From an uncultured Bacteroidia bacterium (GTDB lineage Bacteria; Bacteroidota; Bacteroidia; Bacteroidales; ML635J-15), in contig CACYQN010000008.1 of assembly GCA_902776565.1 (NCBI GenBank), forward strand, positions 89,526 through 153,525: a stretch of 64,000 bases of DNA, in the 5' to 3' direction. The position numbers and the translations under genes were made by a program. Under the pieces are notes generated by a model, which saw only the letters and a program-made list of their open reading frames with translations, made no database searches and was not told the origin of the DNA. How positions within the stretch are numbered: the first letter of the stretch is position 1; every line of letters begins with the position of its first letter. Positions 26,435 through 35,372 of this stretch are shown here, in pieces.

Positions 26435-28096
26435 ATGAAGAGATTTTTATTTCTGCTTGTTGCCTTTTTGTCTGCAATTCAACTCTTTGCACAGAAGGAC
26501 GGCAAGAACGAGAACAAGTTTAATGTCTCGGGTAATTTCCAGAGCGATTTGCAATATTATTTTGAAGACCAGAAGATTGGCGCAGTAGCCGTTGATGAAC
26601 GATTGCTGTCGAACTCGTATGCCAACTTTATGATTTCATACGGAAAATTTTCTGCTGGCGTGCGTTTCGAAGGTTACTACAACACCTTGCTCGGTTTCCC
26701 GAATTCGGGTGGCAAGAACGATGGTTTCGGAGTTCCGTCGTATTGGGCTAACTTTACCAACGACAAGCTAGAAGTCACAGTAGGGCATTTCTACGAGCAG
26801 TTCGGCAACGGCCTTACCCTGCGTTCGTACGAGGAAAAGTCGCTCGGTATCGACAATGCGATTCTCGGTGCGCGTGTGAAATATACGATTGTACCTGGTG
26901 TAAACATCAAGGGCTTGGTCGGCAAACAGCGCTACTACTGGGAACTTTCCGATGGTATCCTTCGTGGCGTTGACGGTGAAATCCAGTTCAACGAGATGAT
27001 AAAGTCGCTCAACGAAAGCCAGTTCCGTTTCGGAATCGGCGGTAGTTTCGTAAGCAAGTACCAGAAGGAGGACAATCCTATCTACAACCTGCCCAACAAC
27101 GTGGCAACAGGCGCCGGTCGAATCAACATCGGCTATTCTGACTTCAACCTGATTTCGGAATACGCCTACAAGATAAACGACCCTTCGGCCGACAACAACT
27201 ACATCTACCGTCCCGGACAGGCTTTCCTCATCAATGCTACATATTCGCAGAAGGGTTTGGGCGTGATACTTTCTACCAAGTGGGTTGACAACATGTCGCT
27301 TCGTAGCGACCGCAATGCAACGCTTTCGGACCTTACCGTCAGCTATCTGCCCGAAATCACACGCAACTACACCTATGTCTTGCAGGCTTTCTATCCTTAC
27401 GCAAGCCAGCCGATGGGCGAATGGGGCGTGAAGGGAGAATTCTTCTACAAGTTCAAGAAGGGCACTAAGTTGGGCGGAAAATACGGAACGACAATCACCT
27501 TGAACTATTCGCGTGTCCACAACATAAAGAAGACCGCAATCAACGATTCCACACCTATAGGCACCACTGGAACCTACGGCTACAACACCTCGTTGTTCGC
27601 CATCGGCAAGGAGCTGTACTATCAGGACATCAATGTGGAAATCTCGAAGAAATGGTCGAAGAAGTGGTACACCAACATTGCATACATGAACTTGTACTAC
27701 AACTACAATGTGCTTATGGGTACGGCTGGTCACGACAATGTGAAGGCGAACATCGCTGTTGTGGAGGCTACCTACAAGATTACCGACAAATATGCTTTGA
27801 AGGGTGAAGTTCAGGCAATGTTCACCAAGCAGGACAAGGGCAATTGGATTCTCGGACAGCTTGAGTTCACAATGCCAAACTGGTTCTTTACCGTGTTCGA
27901 CAACTGGAACTACGGCAATCCCGATAAGAGCGCACGAGTCCACTATTTCAATGTTGGCTTTGGCTATGTGAAGGGTGGCAACCGCATTCAGCTTACCTAC
28001 GGCAAGCAGCGCGAAGGCGTGATGTGCGTGGGTGGTGTGTGCAGACATGTTCCTGCATCCAACGGATTTGCACTTTCAATTTCGAGTACATTCTAA
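26435..28096 (+). CDS. Outer-membrane beta-barrel protein (porin-like, unknown family)
   Basis: Signal peptide MKRFLFLLVAFLSAIQLFAQ. It shows an alternating amphipathic pattern rich in Y/G/N and ends ...FALSISSTF (C-terminal Phe). Confidence 0.75.
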   Translation: MKRFLFLLVAFLSAIQLFAQKDGKNENKFNVSGNFQSDLQYYFEDQKIGAVAVDERLLSNSYANFMISYGKFSAGVRFEGYYNTLLGFPNSGGKNDGFGVPSYWANFTNDKLEVTVGHFYEQFGNGLTLRSYEEKSLGIDNAILGARVKYTIVPGVNIKGLVGKQRYYWELSDGILRGVDGEIQFNEMIKSLNESQFRFGIGGSFVSKYQKEDNPIYNLPNNVATGAGRINIGYSDFNLISEYAYKINDPSADNNYIYRPGQAFLINATYSQKGLGVILSTKWVDNMSLRSDRNATLSDLTVSYLPEITRNYTYVLQAFYPYASQPMGEWGVKGEFFYKFKKGTKLGGKYGTTITLNYSRVHNIKKTAINDSTPIGTTGTYGYNTSLFAIGKELYYQDINVEISKKWSKKWYTNIAYMNLYYNYNVLMGTAGHDNVKANIAVVEATYKITDKYALKGEVQAMFTKQDKGNWILGQLEFTMPNWFFTVFDNWNYGNPDKSARVHYFNVGFGYVKGGNRIQLTYGKQREGVMCVGGVCRHVPASNGFALSISSTF

Positions 28097-28105
28097 AAAC
28101 TGCAC

Positions 28106-28133
28106 AGCTCCCTGAGCTTGTCGAAGGGGCGGT
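28106..28133. repeat. REP-like half-palindrome 'agctccctgagcttgtcgaaggggc'
   Basis: It has one mismatch to the reverse complement of 35561-35585. Confidence 0.6.
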
Positions 28134-28157
28134 GTATTTAACGATAACGAAAACAAA

Positions 28158-29030
28158 ATGATTATGAAGAAGATAGCATTTTTATTAATATTTGTAGTAG
28201 CAGGGCTTTTCCTTGCTTCGTGCGACAAGATTGAAGAAGGCGAATATGTAAAGGAAGGTTCGGCTATTTGGTACGGACGCAAGATTGTAATTTTCGACTT
28301 TACCGGGCACAAGTGCGGCAACTGCCCCAAAGGGCACAAGGCTATTAATGCACTTGAGGAAAAGTTTGGCGAGGCAGTTGTGCCGATTGCAGTTCATTGC
28401 ACATACTATGGAAATACAAATCCCAATGCATCGCCTCATACAACCGACACTTCTTTCAACTACGATTTCCGTTGCGAGGAAGGCATATTTCTTGGCGGTG
28501 GCGATGCCGATGGCGGTTATTTGGACCTTGATGCTGTGCCTGCTGGATTAATCAATACTTTTGAACCTGCATTGCTAAATGCTTCCACAAACGGCTGGGC
28601 AACCGATTTTGCAAAATATTACTCCACATATCCCGAATTTTCGTTCGATGTGACCGCTTCGTTTGCCGACAGCACAATTACCGCCGACATTAAGATGACA
28701 TCGGAAGTGGTGGTTTCGCGCAAGCTTTCGCTTGTGGCGTATGTTATCGAGGACGGCATTGTCGGCTGGCAGTTCGACTACGAGTCCAATCCGCAGGAAA
28801 TAGGCAACTATGTACACAACCACGTCCTTCGCACCAGCTTCAATGGAGTTTTTGGCGAGGAGGTCAAGACCGACAATGCTCAGTTGTCTGCTGGCGATGT
28901 TATCGAAAAGAGCTATTCGAAGGCAGTCAAGTCCGACTGGGACATTGCCAACTGCAAGGTTGTGGCGTTTGTTTACGATACCGATACCAAGGAAATTCTG
29001 CAGGCGGAAGTGGTTGAAGTTGCTGAATAG
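28158..29030 (+). CDS. Omp28-like lipoprotein with thioredoxin-like CxxC
   Basis: Lipobox FLASC is present, and FDFTGHKCGNCPKGH resembles Omp28-related thioredoxin-fold proteins. The family name is from memory. Confidence 0.65.
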   Translation: MIMKKIAFLLIFVVAGLFLASCDKIEEGEYVKEGSAIWYGRKIVIFDFTGHKCGNCPKGHKAINALEEKFGEAVVPIAVHCTYYGNTNPNASPHTTDTSFNYDFRCEEGIFLGGGDADGGYLDLDAVPAGLINTFEPALLNASTNGWATDFAKYYSTYPEFSFDVTASFADSTITADIKMTSEVVVSRKLSLVAYVIEDGIVGWQFDYESNPQEIGNYVHNHVLRTSFNGVFGEEVKTDNAQLSAGDVIEKSYSKAVKSDWDIANCKVVAFVYDTDTKEILQAEVVEVAE

Positions 29031-29035
29031 GCACA

Positions 29036-29150
29036 AAGTTGTTGGAAGTTGTTTTCAGATAGTTTGAGATAGTTTCAGATTGTTTGAAGTTGTTTGAAAT
29101 GGTTTCGGATGGTTTTAACCTCCTAAACTTAGGAACATTCAAACTTATAA
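29036..29150 (+). repeat. Phased GTTT decamer repeat plus 'aaacttataaac' block
   Basis: GTTT starts at 29051, 29062, 29072, 29082, 29092, 29102 and 29112, followed by ttttaacctcctaaactt...aaacttataaac. It is homologous to 15977-16070. Confidence 0.75.
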
Positions 29151-29367
29151 ACGTGCGTAGCACATCAAACGGCGTACTTCGACAACACTTCGATTTCACT
29201 CAGTGACGGTTCAGCAACCGCCAGCCCTTAAACGCCGCAGGCATTCAAACCCAGAAACGGCGAAGCCATTGAACGGCGTCAGCCCTCAACAATATTTCCC
29301 CTTAATTTCCGTTATTTCAGCAGATTTTTTTATTGAAAAATAAATTATTGCGAATAACTATTTTACT

Positions 29368-29375
29368 TATCTTTG
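29368..29375 (+). promoter_or_regulatory. -7 box TATCTTTG abutting the bamD start codon
   Basis: tatctttgcaagATG: only 4 nt separate the box from the ATG at 29380. Confidence 0.45.
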
Positions 29376-29379
29376 CAAG

Positions 29380-30201
29380 ATGTTTAATTGGAAAGGTATA
29401 TATTGTTTTTTAGTAGGTCTAATCGCCTTGTTTTCAGTGTCTTGTGGTGAATATTCCAAGATAATGAAAAGTGCCGACAGCGACATGAAATACCAGAAAG
29501 TCTTCGAATACTACGAAGCCGAGGACTATTACAAGGCTCTCGGTCTCATCGAGGACATAAGGGCTGTCTATAAGGGAACCGACAAGTACGAGACCCTCTG
29601 CTTCTACAATGCCTACTGCAACTACCATCAGAAGGAGTACTCGCTGGCTGGCTATCTTTTCAAGGAATACGCAAGGCTTTACTCCAATACCGAGCGTACC
29701 GAGGAAGCTGAATATATGGCGGCATACTGCTACTATCTGATTTCACCGAGCGTTTCGCTTGAGCAGACTTATACCGAACTGGGACTTAGGGAGTTGCAGG
29801 CTTTCTTGGACAAATATCCCGAATCGAAGTACCGCGAACAGGTCGAAGGCTACATAAAGGATTTGGATTTCAAGCTTGAGACAAAAGCCTACAACAATGC
29901 AATGCTCTATTACAAGATAAGCGACTACAAGGCTGCGATAGTTGCTCTGCGCAATATGCTCTACGACTATCCGACGACAACTTATCGCGAAGAAATTATG
30001 TTTACCATGGTGAAGGCGTCGTACATTCTTGCTACAAAGAGCGTTGAGAGCAAAAAACTCGAACGCCACAAGAACACCGTTCAGGCATATTACGCCTTTG
30101 TGGACAAATTCCCGAACTCAAAGAAACTAAAGGAAGCTGAAAGATATTTTACAAATTCACATAATTATATAGAAAACAAAGATGGATTACAAAAAGACTA
30201 A
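29380..30201 (+). CDS. bamD: Outer-membrane assembly lipoprotein BamD/YfiO
   Basis: Lipobox FSVSC is present with a TPR-like helical content (YYEAEDYYKA..., YPESKYREQ). It has the conserved bamD-rpoZ-coaBC context. Confidence 0.8.
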   Translation: MFNWKGIYCFLVGLIALFSVSCGEYSKIMKSADSDMKYQKVFEYYEAEDYYKALGLIEDIRAVYKGTDKYETLCFYNAYCNYHQKEYSLAGYLFKEYARLYSNTERTEEAEYMAAYCYYLISPSVSLEQTYTELGLRELQAFLDKYPESKYREQVEGYIKDLDFKLETKAYNNAMLYYKISDYKAAIVALRNMLYDYPTTTYREEIMFTMVKASYILATKSVESKKLERHKNTVQAYYAFVDKFPNSKKLKEAERYFTNSHNYIENKDGLQKD

Positions 30202-30574
30202 TGCACCGACAAACTGCATCACCCGCGATGTGGTAGAAATGGCCGACAAGACCGGAAACGTTTACGAATCGGTAGTCATCTGCTCGAAGATGGCAGACCA
30301 GGTTAATGCCGACATCAGGAAGGAACTATACAAGAAACTCGAAGAATTTTCAAGTTTCAACGACAATCTTGAGGAAATCCACGAGAACCGCGAGCAGATA
30401 GAGGTGTCGAAGTATTATGAGAAGCTCCCGAAGCCGACTAACATCGCAATTGAGGAGTTTATGAACGATAACGTTTACTACACCAACCAGGAAATCAACC
30501 TTAAGAAGGCTGAAGCTGAAGAAGAACCAGAACCTGTGGTTGTTGCAGAAGCTAAGGTCGAAAGCGTTGAATAA
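30182..30574 (+). CDS. rpoZ: RNA polymerase omega-like subunit (Bacteroidota type)
   Basis: MDYKKTNAPTNCITRDVVEMADKTGNVYESVVICSKMADQVN matches my recollection of the flavobacterial/Bacteroides omega N-terminus. It has an acidic tail and the expected position. Confidence 0.6.
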   Translation: MDYKKTNAPTNCITRDVVEMADKTGNVYESVVICSKMADQVNADIRKELYKKLEEFSSFNDNLEEIHENREQIEVSKYYEKLPKPTNIAIEEFMNDNVYYTNQEINLKKAEAEEEPEPVVVAEAKVESVE

Positions 30575-30581
30575 TATCACG

Positions 30582-31781
30582 ATGCTTGGCGGAAAACACA
30601 TATTGCTTGGCGTTACGGGAAGTATCGCGGCATACAAGGCTGCGAACATCGTCCGTCTGCTCGTTACGCAGGGCGCCGAAGTCAAGATTGTGATGACTCC
30701 GCTAGCAAAGCAGTTTATTACTCCGCTGACACTTGCAACGTTGGCGAAGAATCCAATCTACGTCGATTTCTTCAATCCCGAAAACGGCGAGTGGAATTCG
30801 CATGTGAGCCTTGGAATGTGGGCAGATGCCTACCTAATCGCACCTGCAACAGCCAACACCATCGGCAAGATGGCAAACGGAATAGCCGACAACCTTTTGC
30901 TCACCTCCTACCTTTCGGCAAAATGCCCGGTTTTCGTTGCTCCGGCAATGGACTTGGATATGTACGTCCACCCTGCAGTGCAGAAAAACATCGAGACACT
31001 GAAGTCGTACGGCGTGCATTTCATTGATGCCGAGGACGGCGAACTGGCAAGCGGACTTGTCGGTAAAGGTCGTCTGGCAGCTCCGGAACGCATTGTCGAA
31101 AACCTTGATACTTTCTTCAACGGGCAGATGTCGCTGACAGGAAAGAAGGTAATGGTGACCGCTGGCCCGACCTACGAGAAGATTGACGCAGTGCGCTTTA
31201 TCGGCAACTACTCGTCAGGGAAGATGGGCTACGCCATAGCCGAGGAATGTGCAAATCGTGGGGCTGAGGTCGTTCTGGTGTCGGGACCTACATCGCTGAA
31301 TGTCCACAACAGCAATATAAAGTTGGTTAGGGTTAACTCGGCACGCGAAATGTACGAGGCTTGCAATCAGGAATTTCCGCAATGCAATGCTGCCGTGCTT
31401 TCGGCTGCTGTTGCCGACTTTACACCGCAGAATGTTTCGGACACCAAAATCAAGCGCAAGGACAATAACCTTGAAATCACGCTCAAGCCTACCGACGATA
31501 TTGCTGCAAGCCTCGGAAAGCAAAAGGGCGACCGCGTTCTGGTCGGTTTCGCTCTCGAAAAGGAAAACGAACTTGAAAACGCCATCGGCAAGCTCGAACG
31601 GAAAAACTTCGATTTCATCGTGCTCAACTCGATGAACGACAAGGGCGCAGGATTCAACCACGACACCAATAAGATTACAATCATCAACCGTAGCAAGGAA
31701 GTGAAAAACTACGACCTGAAGTCAAAAGTTATGGTTGCAAAGGATATTGTTGATGAGATAGAAAAACTTTTAAAGCCTTGA
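30582..31781 (+). CDS. coaBC: Bifunctional phosphopantothenoylcysteine decarboxylase / phosphopantothenate-cysteine ligase
   Basis: The flavoprotein N-terminus is ILLGVTGSIAAYKA with PAMD..M. The CoaB half has GPT.E.ID.VR.I.N.SSGKMG and AAVADF. The ORF-track start is a TTG at 30540, so the start is taken at ATG 30582. Confidence 0.92.
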   Translation: MLGGKHILLGVTGSIAAYKAANIVRLLVTQGAEVKIVMTPLAKQFITPLTLATLAKNPIYVDFFNPENGEWNSHVSLGMWADAYLIAPATANTIGKMANGIADNLLLTSYLSAKCPVFVAPAMDLDMYVHPAVQKNIETLKSYGVHFIDAEDGELASGLVGKGRLAAPERIVENLDTFFNGQMSLTGKKVMVTAGPTYEKIDAVRFIGNYSSGKMGYAIAEECANRGAEVVLVSGPTSLNVHNSNIKLVRVNSAREMYEACNQEFPQCNAAVLSAAVADFTPQNVSDTKIKRKDNNLEITLKPTDDIAASLGKQKGDRVLVGFALEKENELENAIGKLERKNFDFIVLNSMNDKGAGFNHDTNKITIINRSKEVKNYDLKSKVMVAKDIVDEIEKLLKP

Positions 31782-32686
31782 TTATGAAAAAGATTGTTTC
31801 CATTATCGTCGCAATGCTCGTGGCTGTGGCTGCTATGGCGCAGGAGTTTGAATGCCAGATTCAGATTACGCACCAACAGCTTCAAGGAACCAACTACGAG
31901 AAGATTTTTCAGGAGATGCGCAAGGACTTGTACGAGTTCATCAACAATACAAAATGGACTAACAATGTGTTCTCGAAGAATGAGCGTATCGAGTGCAACA
32001 TTTCAATAACGGTTGAAAAGGAAGTCGCTTCCGACGAATATTCTGGCAAACTCCAAGTGACATCTTCGCGACCGGTTTATGGCACTTCGTATATGTCGCC
32101 GCTTTTCAACTATCTTGACGACAAGTTTCAGTTCAAATATGTCGAAATGGAACCTATTGAGTTCAATCCCAATGTGTTTACAAGTAATTTGTCGGCTGTG
32201 ATTGCCTACTATTGCTACATAATGCTCGGCTTGGACTACGACAGTTTCGGTTCGCAGGCTGGCACGCAATACTACCAGATGGCTGAAAAGATTGTACAAA
32301 ACGCACAGAGTGCGCAGGAGCCTGGGTGGAAGCAGTACGAAAGCACAAAGAACCGCTACTGGCTCACCGAAAATCTGCTCAACGACCAGTATTCTGGCTT
32401 CCGCGACTTTATGTACACCTACCATCGCCAAGGTCTCGACCGCCTTGCCGACAAGCCAAGCGATGCACGCGCATCGGTCGAAGAATCGCTCGAAAGCCTC
32501 AGGTCGATGCACCGCCGTCGTCCAGGTTCGTTCCTGATGTCGATTGTTAGCACCGTAAAGAGTGATGAAATCATAAATATATTCTCGGACGGCTTCTCCG
32601 ACGAGAAGGCGCGCGTTGCCAACCTGATGAAAGAAATAGATGCTGCAAACTCAAGCAAGTACGACAAGATAACCCGTTCGGAATAA
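31778..32686 (+). CDS. DUF4835-like secreted protein (conserved coaBC-recN neighbour in Bacteroidota)
   Basis: Signal peptide present. About 300 aa, between coaBC and recN as in many Bacteroidota. The family name is recalled, not verified. Confidence 0.6.
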   Translation: MIMKKIVSIIVAMLVAVAAMAQEFECQIQITHQQLQGTNYEKIFQEMRKDLYEFINNTKWTNNVFSKNERIECNISITVEKEVASDEYSGKLQVTSSRPVYGTSYMSPLFNYLDDKFQFKYVEMEPIEFNPNVFTSNLSAVIAYYCYIMLGLDYDSFGSQAGTQYYQMAEKIVQNAQSAQEPGWKQYESTKNRYWLTENLLNDQYSGFRDFMYTYHRQGLDRLADKPSDARASVEESLESLRSMHRRRPGSFLMSIVSTVKSDEIINIFSDGFSDEKARVANLMKEIDAANSSKYDKITRSE

Positions 32687-34341
32687 TGATTAGGAACCTT
32701 TCAGTCAGAAATTATATTCTAATTGAAAAACTCGACATTGACTTCAATTCGGGTTTTTCCGTTATTACTGGCGAGACCGGTTCCGGAAAATCTATGATAA
32801 TAGGTGCTATTTCGCTACTTCTGGGCAAACGCGCCGACACCGATGTGCTTCTCTTTAAGGACAAGAAATGTGTAATCGAAGCCACTTTTGACATTAAAAA
32901 CCTCGGCTTGAAGGACTTGTTTGCCGAAAACGAGGTTGACTATTCCGACCAGACCATTGTTAGGCGCGAGATTATGCCCGAAGGAAAGTCGCGTGCTTTC
33001 GTGAACGATATGCCAGTGACATTGACCGTGTTAAAGGCACTTACCGACAATTTCCTCGACTTGCATTCACAGCACGAAAACCTTTCGCTCACGACCTTGC
33101 CCTACCGTCTGCGCATTGTTGATTCGGCTGCTGGAACATTGGCACTTTTCGAGGAATACAAGCAAAAATATGCAGAGTACCAATCGGTTGCGCAATTACT
33201 AAAAAGCAAGAAGGACGCTCTCGCAAAGGCTCAGAAGGATTTAGATTATTATAGGTATCAGGCACTGGAGATTGAAAATGCAAAACTTTCGTCCGACGAT
33301 GAGCTTGAAGAACTTGAAGCCCGCGCCTCGATGCTCGAAAATGCCGAGGAGATAAAATCGGCCTTGTACGAGACTACCAACCTGTACGACGGTGGCGAAT
33401 ACTCGGCTTCGGCCTTGCTGAAACAGATGCGCAGCAACCTTGCAAAAATCGGCAAGAACTACAAGCCAGCGCAGGAACTTGAACAGCGCTTAGAATCCTC
33501 AATTATAGAACTATCAGACATCAACGATACCATTTCGCAGCAGTTGTCGCAGGTGGAAGTAAACCCACAGCAACTGCAACTCACCAACGAGCGCATCGAC
33601 CTACTGATGAGCCTATTGGCAAAGCACCGCGCTGCCGACATTGCCGAACTCAAGCAGAAGTACGAGGAATACAAGGGCTATGTTGACAACAGCGGAAACC
33701 TTGAAGACGAAATCGCCGACCTCGAGAAGCAACATTCAGCCAAGGCGAAGGAAGTGAAAACCGCTGCCGAGAATCTGAGCAAGAAGCGTTCGGCTTCGTT
33801 CAAGAAGACGCAGGAATACATAAACTCTATGCTTCACGACTTGGGAATGCCGCACGGAGTGTTTGAGATTGGCAACGAAATCTCGGAAATTTCGGCAAAC
33901 GGCATCGACAATATTTCCTTCCTTTTCAGTGCCAACAAGGCAGTAGCAGTGGAGCCAATCGAGAAGGTTGCATCGGGAGGTGAGTTGTCGCGTCTTATGC
34001 TTGCACTGAAGTCGCTTATGGCAAATTCGATGAATATTCCTACCATACTTTTCGATGAGATTGACACTGGCGTTTCGGGCGAAATTGCAGCCCGTATGGG
34101 CAAGATTATGCAGCGCATTGCCGAGAATGTGCAGGTGTTGAGCATAACGCATCTTCCGCAGGTTGCAGCGATGGGCAGTGAGCATTTTAAGGTTTACAAG
34201 CATACCGACGACCAACGCACAATTTCCAGCATCAAAAAGCTCTCTGCCGACGAGCGCATTACCGAAATCGCCTTGATGATGAGCGGCGAAAAACTTACGC
34301 CCGAGGCATTGGAGAATGCGAAGGTGTTGCTGGGGAAATAA
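32686..34341 (+). CDS. recN: DNA repair protein RecN
   Basis: Walker A GETGSGKSM. It has a long coiled coil, the SMC signature ASGGELSRLMLALK and Walker B ILFDEIDTGVSG. Confidence 0.93.
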   Translation: MIRNLSVRNYILIEKLDIDFNSGFSVITGETGSGKSMIIGAISLLLGKRADTDVLLFKDKKCVIEATFDIKNLGLKDLFAENEVDYSDQTIVRREIMPEGKSRAFVNDMPVTLTVLKALTDNFLDLHSQHENLSLTTLPYRLRIVDSAAGTLALFEEYKQKYAEYQSVAQLLKSKKDALAKAQKDLDYYRYQALEIENAKLSSDDELEELEARASMLENAEEIKSALYETTNLYDGGEYSASALLKQMRSNLAKIGKNYKPAQELEQRLESSIIELSDINDTISQQLSQVEVNPQQLQLTNERIDLLMSLLAKHRAADIAELKQKYEEYKGYVDNSGNLEDEIADLEKQHSAKAKEVKTAAENLSKKRSASFKKTQEYINSMLHDLGMPHGVFEIGNEISEISANGIDNISFLFSANKAVAVEPIEKVASGGELSRLMLALKSLMANSMNIPTILFDEIDTGVSGEIAARMGKIMQRIAENVQVLSITHLPQVAAMGSEHFKVYKHTDDQRTISSIKKLSADERITEIALMMSGEKLTPEALENAKVLLGK

Positions 34342-34407
34342 TTATACCCCATCGGGTATAAAATCATAAGAATATAGCATAATTATACCTTATCGGGTAT
34401 AGTAGAA

Positions 34408-34578
34408 CGTCATTCCGCAAGACAAAACAATAATGCGATACGGAACGGGGAGCATAGTATTGTTTGTCTATGCGGAATCTCATGCTTGGTATCTAATTAA
34501 TACACATTGGAGATTCCGCATAGACAGGCTCACAAGGCTCGTGCCTGCGCCTGTTCGCTTTGTCTTGCGGAATGACGG
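34408..34578 (+). repeat. Nested inverted-repeat intergenic element, copy B (~171 nt)
   Basis: Outer arms are cgtcattccgcaagacaaa...tttgtcttgcggaatgacgg and inner arms are gtctatgcggaatctc...gagattccgcatagac. Confidence 0.8.
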
Positions 34579-34580
34579 TA

Positions 34581-34607
34581 AAAAAAAGGGACTTGCAAGT
34601 CCCTTTT
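34581..34607. terminator. Bidirectional Rho-independent terminator between convergent recN and pepE
   Basis: aaaaaaa-gggactt-gc-aagtccc-tttt. Confidence 0.8.
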
Positions 34608-34617
34608 CTCAGTTTAT

Positions 34618-35343
34618 CTAAACCATTGCTTTCTTTAATAAGAATGTAAAGTCCTCGGTTGGAGCAATTTCGCGGGTTTCTTCGCCATACTTGAAAAGAC
34701 GGAGGTTGCGCTGTCCGATGATTTTCATCGTGTCGCCTTCTACAACGAACATACAGCCTTCGCGGAGACCTGCTACGTAAACGTCGCGGTTAACTTCGAT
34801 GAATTCCAATATCCTGTCTTCGCGCGATTCGCCACCGTGACCTTCAACTTTCTTGTCGAGGTAGTGGGGGTTAATCTGGAACGGGATGAGGTTGAGAGCA
34901 TCGAATCCCAGCGGGTCGATGATAGGCATATCGTTGGTTGTCATAAGGGTAGGGCAGGTTACGTTTGAACCGGCACTCCATCCTATATATGGTGTTCCGC
35001 CAAGAACTTTCTTCCGGATAGGCTCGATGAGCTTGTTGGCGTGCATATCGTGCAGAAGTTTCCAGGTGTTTCCGCCACCGATTACTATGCAGTCGGCTTC
35101 CTCAACGGCCTTTACAGGGTCATCGAAATGGTGTATCGAAACAATGTCGTGACCAACTTCGTTGAAACGGTTCTTAACCTTCTTCTCGTAGTCGTCCCAA
35201 GTTACTGTTACGCCTGCGTAGGGAATAAAGAGGCATTTAACGCATTTTTCGCCAAGGAAATCGTGGATGTTGTGCTTAGGATAGTCGAGATATGCTTCGC
35301 CGGCATTCGTCGAATTGCTGATAAGTAATAGTCTCATAGTCAT
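34618..35343 (-). CDS. pepE: Dipeptidase E (peptidase S51)
   Basis: (MT)MRLLLISNSTNAGEAYLDY... and GGGNTWKLL...GWSAGSN are typical S51 motifs. The ORF-track start at 35367 is a TTG inside the -7 box. Confidence 0.85.
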   Translation of the reverse strand: MTMRLLLISNSTNAGEAYLDYPKHNIHDFLGEKCVKCLFIPYAGVTVTWDDYEKKVKNRFNEVGHDIVSIHHFDDPVKAVEEADCIVIGGGNTWKLLHDMHANKLIEPIRKKVLGGTPYIGWSAGSNVTCPTLMTTNDMPIIDPLGFDALNLIPFQINPHYLDKKVEGHGGESREDRILEFIEVNRDVYVAGLREGCMFVVEGDTMKIIGQRNLRLFKYGEETREIAPTEDFTFLLKKAMV

Positions 35344-35364
35344 ATTCTTATAAAATTGTTTGTG

Positions 35365-35372
35365 CAAAGATA
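35365..35372 (-). promoter_or_regulatory. -7 box TATCTTTG for pepE
   Basis: The plus strand reads caaagata. It is part of the 41-nt block shared with 511-551. Confidence 0.5.

Noticed and set aside
34340-34401. Two mini-hairpins aattatacc(cc/tt)atcgggtata, 41 nt apart after the recN stop, as part of the nested-IR element
   Set aside because: They are not present next to copy A (628-787), so they are not part of that element. Their significance is unclear, and they are too short to call a feature.
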